Source of the DNA: Octopus sinensis
Taxonomy: Eukaryota
Reading direction: 5' to 3'
Assembly (NCBI RefSeq): GCF_006345805.1
Contig: NC_043000.1
Span: 92,814,001-92,878,000 of the forward strand
DNA length: 64,000 nt
The stretch's first letter is position 1, and each line of letters begins with the position of its first letter. Both the position numbers and the translations under genes were made by a program. Positions 25,006 to 37,325 of this stretch are shown piece after piece. The notes under the pieces were generated by a model. The model was given only the letters and a program-made list of their open reading frames with translations, was not told the DNA's origin and did no database searches.

Positions 25006-26180
25006 AATAGTAAAAGGATGTGCTCATTTTATTACATCACAGCCCACTATCAGATATGGACAGTGGGGGCTTAATGTGACAGAAAGCCATCATATATGTG
25101 TGCATGTATTTGTCTGTGTGTCTGGTGTAGGTGGGTGTTTTTGTGTCTGTGCTTGCCCCCACCATTACTTGACAGCCGGTGTTGTAGTGTTTATATCCCT
25201 GTAACTCAGCAGTTTGACAAAAGTAACTGATGGAATGAATACCAGGCTTAAAAAATACTATGGTCTAATCACACAATTAAAATCCTTCAAGGCAGTGCTC
25301 CAGCATGACAACAGTCTAATGACTGAAACAAATAGAACATAGGTGAAGGTGTGGTCAATGGCAAATCTTACCTGGGTGGTGTGTAGGTAAAAAAAATAGC
25401 AAACGTAACAGAAAAATGAATGTTTTTGTGTGTGTTTTTATGTGTGGTGTGGGAGCTGATGTGTGTAGTTTTCAAAAGAACTTTTCTGTTCTGAGGTGGA
25501 AGAAGAAAGCAAGATATTGGTTTCAGATAATAACAAGCATCTTGTCGACAGATGAATCAACACATGAGTAGCAGCAAAACACTGGCGTCAAACAGTTGCA
25601 GGGTTTCAATGTTCGGGAAATGATTATTCATTTATTCAATGCGTGCAATAGCAATAATTGCTGTAATATATATTACAATGATGACAAAACGGTAAAATGA
25701 AACTTTGCTTGTGTTAAAGAGCAACCTTGTGTCTAAAGATTTATGGTTGAAAATTTATATGCAAACAAAAAGAATATAAAAAAAAAAAAACGGGAGTAGA
25801 TTTTCAAAGAATTCAATCCTAATGTATCTGACAGAAAGGAAAAACAAAAAAGAGAAATATTTTGGAGTATAATTTTGTTAAATATTTTCAGGTTTTTTTT
25901 TTAGTTATCTTATTCATTTGCTCATTTATTTGTCATATTAAAATCCAGACTTGTTCAGAGATGAAGCTATATTTGCAATAAATTGTTATACCCTTGCATT
26001 TTGTTGTGCTTTCTTATTCCCTATTCTCACCTGTCCTAGTCAGGATTTTCAAAGGGAAAGAAATGACAGTGTTATAGCAATAATGCAGTCTATATATCAA
26101 CTTCTCAAGGTGGTACCCCAGCATGGCTGTAGTTTAATAGCTGAAACAAGTAAAAGATAAATGATATACTTTTTTCTTTA

Positions 26181-26580
26181 AGACGGTGAGCTGGCAGAAA
26201 CGTTAGCACACCAGGAGAAATACTTAGCGGTATTTCATCTGCCATTCGTTCTGAGTTCAAATTCCGCCAAGGTCGACTTTGCCTTTCATTTTTTCGGGGT
26301 TGATTAAATAAGTACCAGTTACGCACTGAGGTCGATACAATCGACTTAATCCATTTGTCTGACCTTGTTTGTCTTCTCTGTGTTTAGCCCCTTGTGGGTA
26401 GTAAATAAATAGGTATTTCATCTGTCTTTACGTTCTTAGTTCAAATTCCACCAATGTCGACTTTGCCTTTCATCCTTTCAGGGTCGATAAATTAAGTACC
26501 AGTTGTGTACTGGGGTCATTCTAATCATCTGGCCCCGCTCCCCAAAAGTTTCGGTCATTGTACCTAGAGTAGAAAAGGAT
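26181..26580 (+). mobile_element. SINE family B dimer
   Basis: A full unit followed by a 5'-truncated unit starting at 'tatttcatctg'. Confidence 0.9.
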
Positions 26581-26917
26581 ATACTTTATTTTCTTCCTCT
26601 CCTTCTTATTCTATTTTTTATACTTACTTTATTCTTATTCTTTCTCTTTCATGTATTTAGTATTATTATTTCATTTTTTTGTCCGTTTATTTCACCCTTT
26701 TCAAATTTATATTTTATACTTATTGTTTCCTCCCTATATATTTATGCAACATAAAACAGTTTGTCCCTTACGCAGTGTAAGAGTCTCTCTTGATGCAAGT
26801 CTGATAAAGTGCCATTCCAATACAAACATCAACCAATACTTTGTAGCTTTCACATGAAATCATTTACACATATTGAAATGAGAAACAGAGTGGTAGAGAA
26901 ACAACTGTAACAAATAA

Positions 26918-27320
26918 GGCGGCGAGCTGGTAGAAACGTTAGCACGCCAGGCGAAATGCTTAGTGGTATTTCATCTGCGGTTACATTCTGAGTTCAAATT
27001 CCACCGAGGTCGACTTTGCCTTTCATCTTTTCAGGGTCGATTAAATAAGTACCAGTTATGCACTGGGGTCGATATAATCGACTTAATCCATTTGTCCTCT
27101 CTGTGTTTAGCCTCTTGTGGGTAGTAAAGAAATAGATATTTCGTCTGCCGTTACGTTCTCTGTTCAAATTCCGCCAACGTTGACTTTGCCTTTCATCCTT
27201 TCGGGGTCGATAAATTAAGTACCAGTTACACACTGGAGGGTTGATGTAATCGACTTAATCCCTTTGTCTGCCCTTGTTTGTGCCCTCTATGTTTAACCCC
27301 TTGTGGGCAATAAAGAAATA
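26918..27320 (+). mobile_element. SINE family B dimer with 21-bp TSD
   Basis: agaaacaactgtaacaaataa (26897-26917) vs agaaacaactgcaactaataa (27321-27341), 19/21. Confidence 0.92.
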
Positions 27321-27975
27321 AGAAACAACTGCAACTAATAATAAAAATGTGCTCAAGTAATTCTTTGTCTTCTAAATTGGATATGTATATATATGAGTGA
27401 GTCTAATCTAACTCAGGCAAGCATGTGAAAGTTAAGATGTCAATGATGATGTGATGATGGTGGTGGTGGTAGTGGTGGTGGCGGCGGCAGCGGAGGTGGT
27501 GGTGATGATGATGATGATGAAGATTTATGTGTGTGAATGTGTTGTGTGTGTGTGCATGTGTGTGAATGTGTATATGTGTGTGTGTGGTTCAAATTCCATA
27601 GCTGGATACCTCACATAAAGAATCTTGCAAATCAAATCCAAAGACAGAGAAATAGTTCGATGAAATTTTATTTCACTGTAAGAAAATTCTAATTTCACAA
27701 CAAATTGTTTCGTAACATATATCTATATCAACATCAGCATCATCAGCATCGTCATCATAATCATCAGCATCATTGTCATCATCATCATTATCATTTGATG
27801 CCCGCTTTCCATGCTAGCATGGGTAGTTGGTTTGACAGGGAACCAGTGACATGTGTTGCTGCATCAAATAAACACACCACACACATATTCATACATATAT
27901 ACATACAGACATCCATATATTTATATACACACACACACTATATATATATTTATCTATATGTATGTATATGTATGT

Positions 27976-28349
27976 GATGGTGCATGGCTCGGTGGTTAAA
28001 GCGTTGAGCTTACCAACATAAGGTTGTGAGTTTGATTCCCAGACCAGGCTACGTGTTGTGTTCTTGAGCAGGACACTTTATTTCACATTGCTCCAGTTCA
28101 CTCAGCTGTAGAAATGAATTGCGACATCACTGATGCCAAGCTGTAACGGTCCCTTTGTCTTTCCCTTGGATAACATCGGTGGCATGGAGAGGGTAGACTG
28201 GTATGCATGAGCGACTGCTGGTCTTCCATAAAAACAACCCTAGGTTGTGCGTTCACCGGTGAAGCAATTTTTCGCCCAGACTTGTACTCCGGAGGGAAAC
28301 CTCTTAGGTACACCCATGTTATTCATGACCGACGGAGTCGAGTCTTTTT
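27976..28349 (+). mobile_element. SINE family D (tRNA head plus CORE-like domain)
   Basis: tggctcggtggttaaag, gagtttgattcc, then tgttgtgttcttgagcaggacacttta..cactcagctgtagaaatga, resembling the CORE domain as I remember it. Confidence 0.8.
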
Positions 28350-28677
28350 GTTATGCATATGCATATATATATATATACATGTGTGTATGTATTTATATAT
28401 GTATGTGTATGTACGTGTGTGTGGAATAATATATATGTGTGTGTATGCATCATGGACTTCCACACTGTTTCCATCTACCAAATTCCACTCACAAATTATA
28501 ATTTCAGTAAAACTTTGCAGATTGGCTTGTTCTACATTTAGCGATCAATTCTTACCTATAAAGCCATAGCAGAAGACACCTGCCCAAGATGTCACACAGT
28601 GGAATTGAATGCAAAACTGCTTACTCGTAAAAACAAGTCTTTCATTGTGTTCTTAGGAGAGGAAGAAGAATCAGGGC

Positions 28678-28848
28678 CTACAGCATCTCTAACAATGGTA
28701 CAGCTATTTTCATACAAACGTCTGCTTCATCTTTGTTTTCATTAACCGAGATGGGCTTTTTTAATATGTTATTGTAGTATTCGTCTGCTGTGTTGTCGAT
28801 GTATCTAAATGTTTGCAGATGACTAAATAAGTAGGTTTCACTGGTAGC
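28678..28848 (-). CDS. Candidate coding segment (56 open codons) next to the gap; unidentified
   Basis: ATSETYLFSHLQTFRYIDNTADEYYNNILKKPISVNENKDEADVCMKIAVPLLEML*; purine-first codon bias in non-repetitive sequence. Confidence 0.2.
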   Translation of the reverse strand, partial: ATSETYLFSHLQTFRYIDNTADEYYNNILKKPISVNENKDEADVCMKIAVPLLEML

Positions 28849-28852
28849 TTAT

Positions 28853-28952
28853 NNNNNNNNNNNNNNNNNNNNNNNNNNNNNNNNNNNNNNNNNNNNNNNN
28901 NNNNNNNNNNNNNNNNNNNNNNNNNNNNNNNNNNNNNNNNNNNNNNNNNNNN
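28853..28952. other. Assembly gap (100 N)
   Basis: Run of N. Confidence 1.
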
Positions 28953-29198
28953 ACTCCACTCTCTTACAGCACTATATTTACTTCCTTACTCTAACTGCCA
29001 CTTCCTGATCTTTTAGTATGACTAGTATTTAGTCATACTAAAACATGAAGAAAACATTACTCATCATACAGGTTGGTTGCAGTAGTGCCAGAAGGGGTCG
29101 CAATTGGACGGAGGGGAATTTTGTTTACCTATTTTATTTCATTATAGTTGTACTACATTCAGCGTGTATTTATTTATTTCTATTTTTTATATGATTTC

Positions 29199-29278
<80 letters not shown>

Positions 29279-29759
29279 GTTTATTTGAGATATGTTTTGT
29301 TTGTTGTTCTGATTTTCGGTGGGTGATTTTTTCTTCTTTTTTTTTTTTCAATTATAATGTACATAGTTTTAACCAAAAGCCATTCAGTTATTAAGGGAGC
29401 TGTGTAATTATTATAAGGACTTGTTGTCTCGAAAGAAAAAAAAAAGAGAGAAAAAAACAAAGAAAGAAATACAAAAAGAATGAAAGACAAAAGATGAATT
29501 ATAAAAAAGAAAAAAGACATGAAAGATAGACAAAGGGATGAATTAAAGATTGGAAAGCAAATAATAATAATAATGATAATAATAATGATGATGATGATGA
29601 TAATGAATATTTTTGTTTTTCTCTCTAGGTCCCTGCAGCTCAAAATGTAGAAAGCAGAAACAAAGGAAATTATGGATACATGTAAATTTACATACATATA
29701 CGAAAATTTATAGTAACTATCAGCAGATATATGAAATTAGTAATTTTATATATATACCT

Positions 29760-30330
29760 CTTATATAAAATCCATTCTGTCTGTGTGTGTGTGTGTGTGT
29801 GTCTTCTCAGATCTTGGGCATCCTCCATCCGATTGCGCTCAAATTTGATATGTAGATACTGACAGTAATGGGGCATGCATAAGTCTTAAAAAAATTACAA
29901 AAATCGATTTCAGGTGAGAATGCAATCGATAAAGCAGTTTTTGTCCTGCTTTTCTTCCATCAAACTGTACATAACTGCACCTTCCCTTTTTTGTTGTTTT
30001 TGTACTGCTTTTGTTGTTTTTGTACTGTTTCTTTCCTGCCAAGCTTACTATTTAAACCATGTTTGTGTTCTCCCAGTCAACAGCCTTATCATTACTGGTA
30101 TTTTAAATTCTTCGGTTGCATAGTTGTGTGAATAAAATCGTTTTTCTTTGGGATAGAAAAAAGCCAATCTTTATTTCTTCTTTTGCTAGTGTCTCAAATT
30201 TGGGTTAAATCAGTGTTTCTCAAAGGAGAGGCCTATGGGACAGTCGGACAAGTTGTTTTGAGAAAATTTGGTTTAAATGTTTGACAACTCAGCACCGTCC
30301 ATTGGATGGGGGAGGGGCGTTTTGCTCGTG
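29760..30330 (+). mobile_element. HINE/Lep1-like element, long form
   Basis: Colinear with 6843-7192 but carries about 195 extra bp (about 29934-30127). Confidence 0.7.
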
Positions 30331-30404
30331 TGTGTTTGTATGTGTGTGTGTTTATATGTGTGTTTGTGTGTGTGTTTATATGTGTGTTTGTGTGTGTGTG
30401 TGTG

Positions 30405-30636
30405 TGTTACTGTCTCTTTGCCTTGACATCATGGGATAGTTGTAAATGAGTGTCACCGTCATGCAAATGACGTCTTTCATTTCCAATCTTCTATGAAAAT
30501 GTCTGATCATGGGGAAACATTACCCTCCCCAGAGAGAGCTAAGCGTTGATTATAGGAAGGGCAGCCAGTCGTAGAAAATCTCAGCAAATTCCATCCAATG
30601 TTTTCAAGTATGGACAGGTGGACATTAAAACAATGA
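30405..30636 (+). mobile_element. Family G body and tail
   Basis: ccttgacatcatgggatagttgtaaatgag..ggggaaacattacc..aggaagggcagccagtcgtagaaaatc..ggacattaaaacaatgat. Confidence 0.7.
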
Positions 30637-31189
30637 TATATATTTTTGTTTGTGTGTGTTTTGTGTTTTTTGTGTGTGAGTGTGTGTTTGTGTGCATGTG
30701 TGTGTATTTCTGTGTGTGAGTGTATATGTTGTTGTTGTTGTTGTTGTTGTTGTGTGTGTGTGAGTGTATTTGTTGTTGTTGTTGTGTGTGTGTGTATTTG
30801 TGTGTGTGAGTGTATTTGTTGTTGCTGTTGTGTGTGTGTGTGTATTTGTGTGTGTGAGTGTATTTGTTTACACATGATTGACTGCTACTGAAGAAGAGAG
30901 AATCACTTCTAGCTTTAAGCATGTTGAGTAATTTAAATTTAAATTATAGTAAATAGTGAAGAAAATAAATATATTTCCATTTAAGTCTTCATTGAATTAT
31001 TTTTCTTCATTTCCATGTGATAAAGTTCTTATAGTAGTTGTGAATAACAATATTTCATCCACTTTTTGGACTCATCAACACAACATAACATGTGATATGA
31101 AACAAAAACTCTTGTAATGAATAAATATAATAAATTAATAAATAATTAAAAAGAAAACTTATTCAATCAACATAGTTGTGTGATAAAGA

Positions 31190-31590
31190 AGCTCATTTGT
31201 AACTGTATTGTTTTGAGTTCAGTTCCACTTGGTAGTACTCTGGGCTAATGTCTTCTGCTATAGACCTGGGCCTATCAATGCCTTGTGAGTGAAATTAGTA
31301 GATGGAAATGGTGTGGAATATTGTTGTGTGTGTGTGTGGTGTGTGTGTGTGTGTGTGTGGTGTGTGTGTGTTTGTATTCATGTTTGTGTCCCCCATCACC
31401 ACTTGACAACTGGTGCTGGTTTGTTTATGTCACCATCACATAGCAGTTCGACAAAAGTATTTGACAGAATTATAAGTGTCAGGCTATAATAAATAATTAC
31501 TCGAGGCAATCTCTTTGACTAAGACTCTTTGACGTAATGCCCAAGAATGGCTGCAGTCCAATGACTGAGACAAGCAAAAGATAAAAAGTT
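31190..31590 (+). mobile_element. SINE family A, old decayed copy
   Basis: gttcagttccact..gccttgtgagtgaaattagtagatggaaa, (TG)n, 3' half to aatgactgagacaagcaaaag. Confidence 0.75.
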
Positions 31591-31989
31591 CACAGCAAAA
31601 ACAATATCAACAGAAATAGCAACAGAAATTATTTCAACGATGCTTTCTTAGATTATGTATAAGGTGATTAGAAGGTATTTGAAGTAAAATAGTTGATTAA
31701 ATTAAGAAGTTCAAAGGTAATTTGGCTTAGATGAGATTTCAACCTTGGAGCTCTCAGTATTAATTCAATTTCTTGGGCACAAAAGCAGAAATTTACAAAG
31801 GGAGAAATAAGAACTAAGATTCTGTGATGTTCATGCATTTTGAAATAATATCAGTGATGTAAGATAATTGAAATTACTTCAACCTAGAAACGGAACCATT
31901 TCACAGAATCCTGCTACTCTCCACTACAACACTTCTTTCATTGTGTTGTTATTGCCACTAATAAGTAAGTGGTACTGCATGGTACAGCA

Positions 31990-32038
31990 TTTATCGTATA
32001 CATACATACACATATGTACATGCATATGCATATGTAAT

Positions 32039-32077
<39 letters not shown>

Positions 32078-32150
32078 TACATATATATATACATATATAC
32101 ATGCATATATATATATATACATACATATATATACACACACATATATATAC

Positions 32151-32181
<31 letters not shown>

Positions 32182-32213
32182 TATATATAGATAGATAGAT
32201 ATATATATATATA

Positions 32214-32258
<45 letters not shown>

Positions 32259-32262
32259 AAGA

Positions 32263-32296
<34 letters not shown>

Positions 32297-32400
32297 CATA
32301 CACACACACACACACACATATATATAGATAGATAGATAGATAGATATATAGATAGATAGATAGATAGATGGATAGATAGATAGATAGATAGATAGAAAGA

Positions 32401-32434
<34 letters not shown>

Positions 32435-32450
32435 CATATATATATTAGCA
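31990..32450. repeat. (TA)n/(CA)n/(GATA)n/(TACA)n compound microsatellite with a duplicated block order
   Basis: Directly visible. Confidence 0.9.
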
Positions 32451-33609
32451 TTCTTTTACTTGCTTTAGTTATGTATGTATTACCAGTTCTTTTGGTGTAG
32501 TAGATTTTTGCTGTTCTTGTTTATGTCTCCTCACAGATGTGTATATTCTAACAAGTCGCTTCTTAAATTTCACACCTCTCTTGTTCAATAAACACTGAAT
32601 CAAACTTGCAAAACTATTTATTTTCTCCTTTCAATTTTTAACATTAACTTTAGCGGGTTACCAAAGTATCAGTTTGGTCTCCCGGCTAAAATAGTAATGA
32701 CAAATTTTAAAGTTTACTTGACATTTTATACGTGAGAAAGGGATTAAAATTTTGATACTCCGTATCAAAGGTTCTGACAAGAATAGACAGAAAATCAGAA
32801 CTAGAGACAAGAAGACACTTTCAACCAATCAGAATTCTGTTTACATAATCAGTTTGATCGGTCACCTTCTTCTGTTGGTTGAGTAAAGTGTCATCCAAGC
32901 TGATGTTTATTGGTAATTAAACTTATTTTCCAACACTTGTGCATGTTTATCAGCTTTGTTTTTGTTGATAAGAATTATCAACAACTTTTCCTGTGATTGT
33001 AATTTCAGAAGACATACAGAAGCATGCTAAAGATTGGACATAATCTCTTGTGGGCAAGAAATGTAAAATAATATTTATTATAAACACAAACGCTTTGCAA
33101 TTTAATAGCTGTCAATGTGACATCTGTTAAACAGAAATTATTTCCATTTATTGAAAATTTAATAAAATCTAATCATTAGTAAGTGAAATTATGGTAAATA
33201 CAACTAAATTGAAAACCTTTTTCCCTTGGTCCTATCAGCAATTCTGAAAACTTTTGGGTGGGAATTTTACATGAGTAGAGGCGTTTTTTTTTAGCAATTT
33301 TTATCCTGAAAATCACCTGCATAAATTACACAGGTGTACAAATTACATGGGTTTTTATAGTGTGTATATATATCCCTCTCTCTCTCTTTTGGAGAGGCAC
33401 TGAGCAGCTATACGCACACATACACACACGGCAGTAACTTCCACCTACCGAATTCAATCACAAAGCTCCGGTCGGCTCGGGGCTATAGTGGAAGACACCT
33501 ACCCAAAGTGCCACGCAGTGGGACTGAACTCGATATAAATATATATATATGTGTGTGTGTGTGTGTGTATGTGTGTGTGTGTGTGTATGTTTGTGTGTAT
33601 TTATATATC

Positions 33610-33740
33610 ATCATCCTCATTGTCATAATTTAGCATCCACTTTTCAATGTTTGCATGGGTCAGAGTTTATTTGAGGCATATATTCTATGGCCCACTGCCC
33701 TTTCTGTTGCCAACTCTCACCTGATTTGTAGCAAGGTAAC
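33610..33740 (-). mobile_element. RTE family E 3' tail
   Basis: catcatc..atccacttttcaatgtttgcatggg..cccactgccctttctgttgccaac. Confidence 0.7.
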
Positions 33741-33754
33741 ATTTTCCCATTTCT

Positions 33755-34825
33755 ATACATGTATCCAAAAAAGAGGTCAAATTATTGGTGCTCATATGGC
33801 AGGTGCTAGCATAATGAAAACAGCCGAAGTGTTTGGTGTATCAAGAACTGTCTTGAAAGAAATGACAGCCTTTGAGAAAGAGGGGAAAAAAACCTCCTCA
33901 TCCAAACAAAACTCTGCAAGAAAATTAAAACATTCAGATAGGGACCATCAGACTCTTACACGAATTATTAGAAAGGATCACAAAAGTACAGCTCCCAAAA
34001 TTACTGCAGAGCTTAATGACCACCGTGAGAACCAAGTTTCCACAAAAACTATTTGCCAGGAACTATACAAAGCCAGGTTTCACAGAAAACCACTACATTC
34101 AAAACCAAAAATTTGCAAAGTGTTTTGAGTGGAGTAAAAGAAACCTACAGTATTGGTCCCTAGATCAGAGGAAGAATGTTATTTTCTCGGACGAGTCATC
34201 CTTTTTCCTATTTTTGACCACCAGCCGAGTATACATGTGGAGACAGTCAGAAGAAGCATTTGACCCAGACTGCCTTCTATCAACTGTTAAACATGGAGGA
34301 GAATTTGTGATGATCTGGGGGAGGGGGACTATATCTTGGAAATCTGCCAGCCCAAAGGTTTCCCTTCATGACAGAATTAATAATCAAGACTATTTAAACA
34401 TTTTATCAGATCAAATTCATCCTATGGTTGCAGAACTGTTTCCGGAGGGAAATGCAATCTTTCAGGATGATAATGCACCAATTCACATAGCTAAAGTTGT
34501 TACTGAATGGCACAAGGAACATTCCAGTGAAGTTGAACGTCTTATCTGGCCACCACAGTCCCCAGATCTCAATATTATTGAACATTTATGGTGCATTTTA
34601 GAAAAATAAGTAAGGAGTCGATATCCTCCACATCATCACTACAAGAACTGGAGACTGTTTTAGCTGAAGAATGGACAAAAATTCCTTTGGAAACAATTCA
34701 AACTTTGTACAAGTCCATACCTCATAGAATTCAAGCAGTAATTACTGCGAAAGGTGGTCCTACCCCATATTAAAATAAATTTGTTTGAAATTTTAAGGTG
34801 TTTCCATTATTTTGTCCAACCTCTG
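33755..34825 (+). mobile_element. Tc1-superfamily transposon relic, DD36E spacing; left end lost, right TIR kept
   Basis: KRGQIIGAHMAGAS HTH, VIFSDES, FQDDNAPIH, WPPQSPDLNIIEHLW; right end ggtgtttccattattttgtccaacctctg|TA; two frameshifts and one stop. Confidence 0.95.
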
Positions 34826-35538
34826 TACACATTTTTCTTTGTAAATTTTATTGCTGTCCATTTCCCAAACAGTCATATTTTTACTTATGAAATTTATGTC
34901 AATCTTTTGACTTGTTCGTGGCATTTATTATCATTATTATTATCATCAGCCTCGTCTTTATTATTATTATTATTATTATTATTATTGCATTCTATTTTTT
35001 TAAATTGCATTGTTTTGAGGTAGTTACTCAACATTTGTTTAGATATTGTTTTTACTTTACATCAAAAATTTTTCCAAATATTTATTTATTCTCTTTTTTT
35101 ACACCTCTTCCTTATTTTTCATTTTACTTACTTTTTGTTTTTCTTTTTTCACTTCAAATTTATCTTATGCTCAGTGAAATAATTGAATTGGATTGATTAT
35201 GTTAGAAACACATATGGAGATATTTTGGAAACAAAAATTTTTCTTTCAAGTATCCCTGATATTTCACTAAAACTTTTCATTAAGTATTTCTAAGATTCAA
35301 GAAGTATTTTACCTTTAATCAAATCAATACTGATTAAATTGACAAGAAATCAAAAATATGAATTATAAAAATGTTATTATTTTTGTTGCATATCATTTAT
35401 GAGCTTATATATTTTTTCATTTTTCTCTTAACTATTTCTTTCCTTTATATATAAAGAAACTTTACTTTCGACATGGTCCTGTTAATACTTAGGCAAAAAT
35501 GCTACAATCTATTATTGCTTGTTTTTAAATAACAATAT

Positions 35539-35579
<41 letters not shown>

Positions 35580-35844
35580 TACACATTTTGACTTTAACAC
35601 TCAAATATATATATTTTCATGTGTATATATATATTATGAAAGCTCCAAAATATTTGTAATCGCAAATTTAATTCCTTATACATATGTTTCTCATATAAAG
35701 AAGCTAAATTGTTTGTATATATATATATATATATATAATATAATATATATATATATTTATAGATAGATACATATACATATATATACACATACATACACAC
35801 ATACATACACACATACATACATACATGCATACATACATAAATAC

Positions 35845-35877
<33 letters not shown>

Positions 35878-35998
35878 GTGTGTGTGTGTGTATACATATA
35901 TATACGTATGTATGTATATTATATGTATGTATGAATCTCTGTGTGTGTTTGTATATATATATCTATATATGTGTGTGTGTGGTGTGTGTATATATATG

Positions 35999-36058
<60 letters not shown>

Positions 36059-36889
36059 CACTCATATTTTGCACTGTCTGTTTGCCTTTGAGTAAATATT
36101 TGTTTACATACAAGTGAGGAAATTGTAAAGAATTGATTTACGTATGTATGTATGTATTTATGCATATATGCATGTATATATCTTAATCTATTTGTTTGTC
36201 TATCTATCTACATATACATACATATATGTGTGTATATGTGTGTATATATATGTGAGTGTATATGTATTAAATGTGTATATACACACCCACACACATATAT
36301 ATGTAATATAATGTTATATATTATTTTATATATACATACACACACACATATAAATTATATATAATATATCACACACAGACACTCACACACAAACAGACAC
36401 ACACACACACACAAGGAGAGACACTGAGTTAGCTGTTTCTTATTATGCTATGGAAAAAATATATTTTAGCCAATTGAGAAATTATATTTGAGGATAAAAA
36501 AAAATATTGGAATCATTGTTATGAATATTTTATCTCTTCATTATTTTGGAACTTCATTATTTTCCTTTTCGTTAAAAGTTTTCTAGGTTTCTTAAACTTA
36601 ATCTTCCCTGCACTGCTAACTCCAAAATATAATAAGGTAATGTCTAACTCACTGTCATCATCATCATCATCAATACCATCATCATCACCATTGCCATCAT
36701 CATCATCATCACCACCACCATCACCACCACCACCATCATTATCATCATCATCATCATCATCATCATCATAATCATCATTAGCATCATCATTTAATGTTCA
36801 TTGACATGCTAGTATGTGTTGAATGGTTTGACCAGAGCTGACTAGCTGGGGCACTGCACTAGACTCCAGTCTGATTTGGCATGGTTTCT

Positions 36890-37243
36890 TATTTCTTTAT
36901 TGCCCACAAGGGGCTGAACATAGAGGGGACAAACAAGGACAGACAAAGGGATTAAGTCGATTACGTCAAGCCCAGTGTGTAACTGGTACTTAATTTATTG
37001 ACCCCAAAAGGATGAAAGGCAAAGTTGACCTCGGCGGAATTTGAACTCAGAACATAAAGTCAGACGAAATACTGCTAAGGAGGCGCAGGAGTGGCTGTGT
37101 GGTAAGTAGCTTGTTTACCAACCACATGGTTCCGGGTTCAGTCCCACTGCGTGGCACCTTGAGCAAGTGTCTTCTGCTTTAGCCTCAGGCCGACCAGAGC
37201 CTTGTGAGTGGATTTGGTAGACGAAACTGAAAGTAGCCCGTCG

Positions 37244-37325
<82 letters not shown>

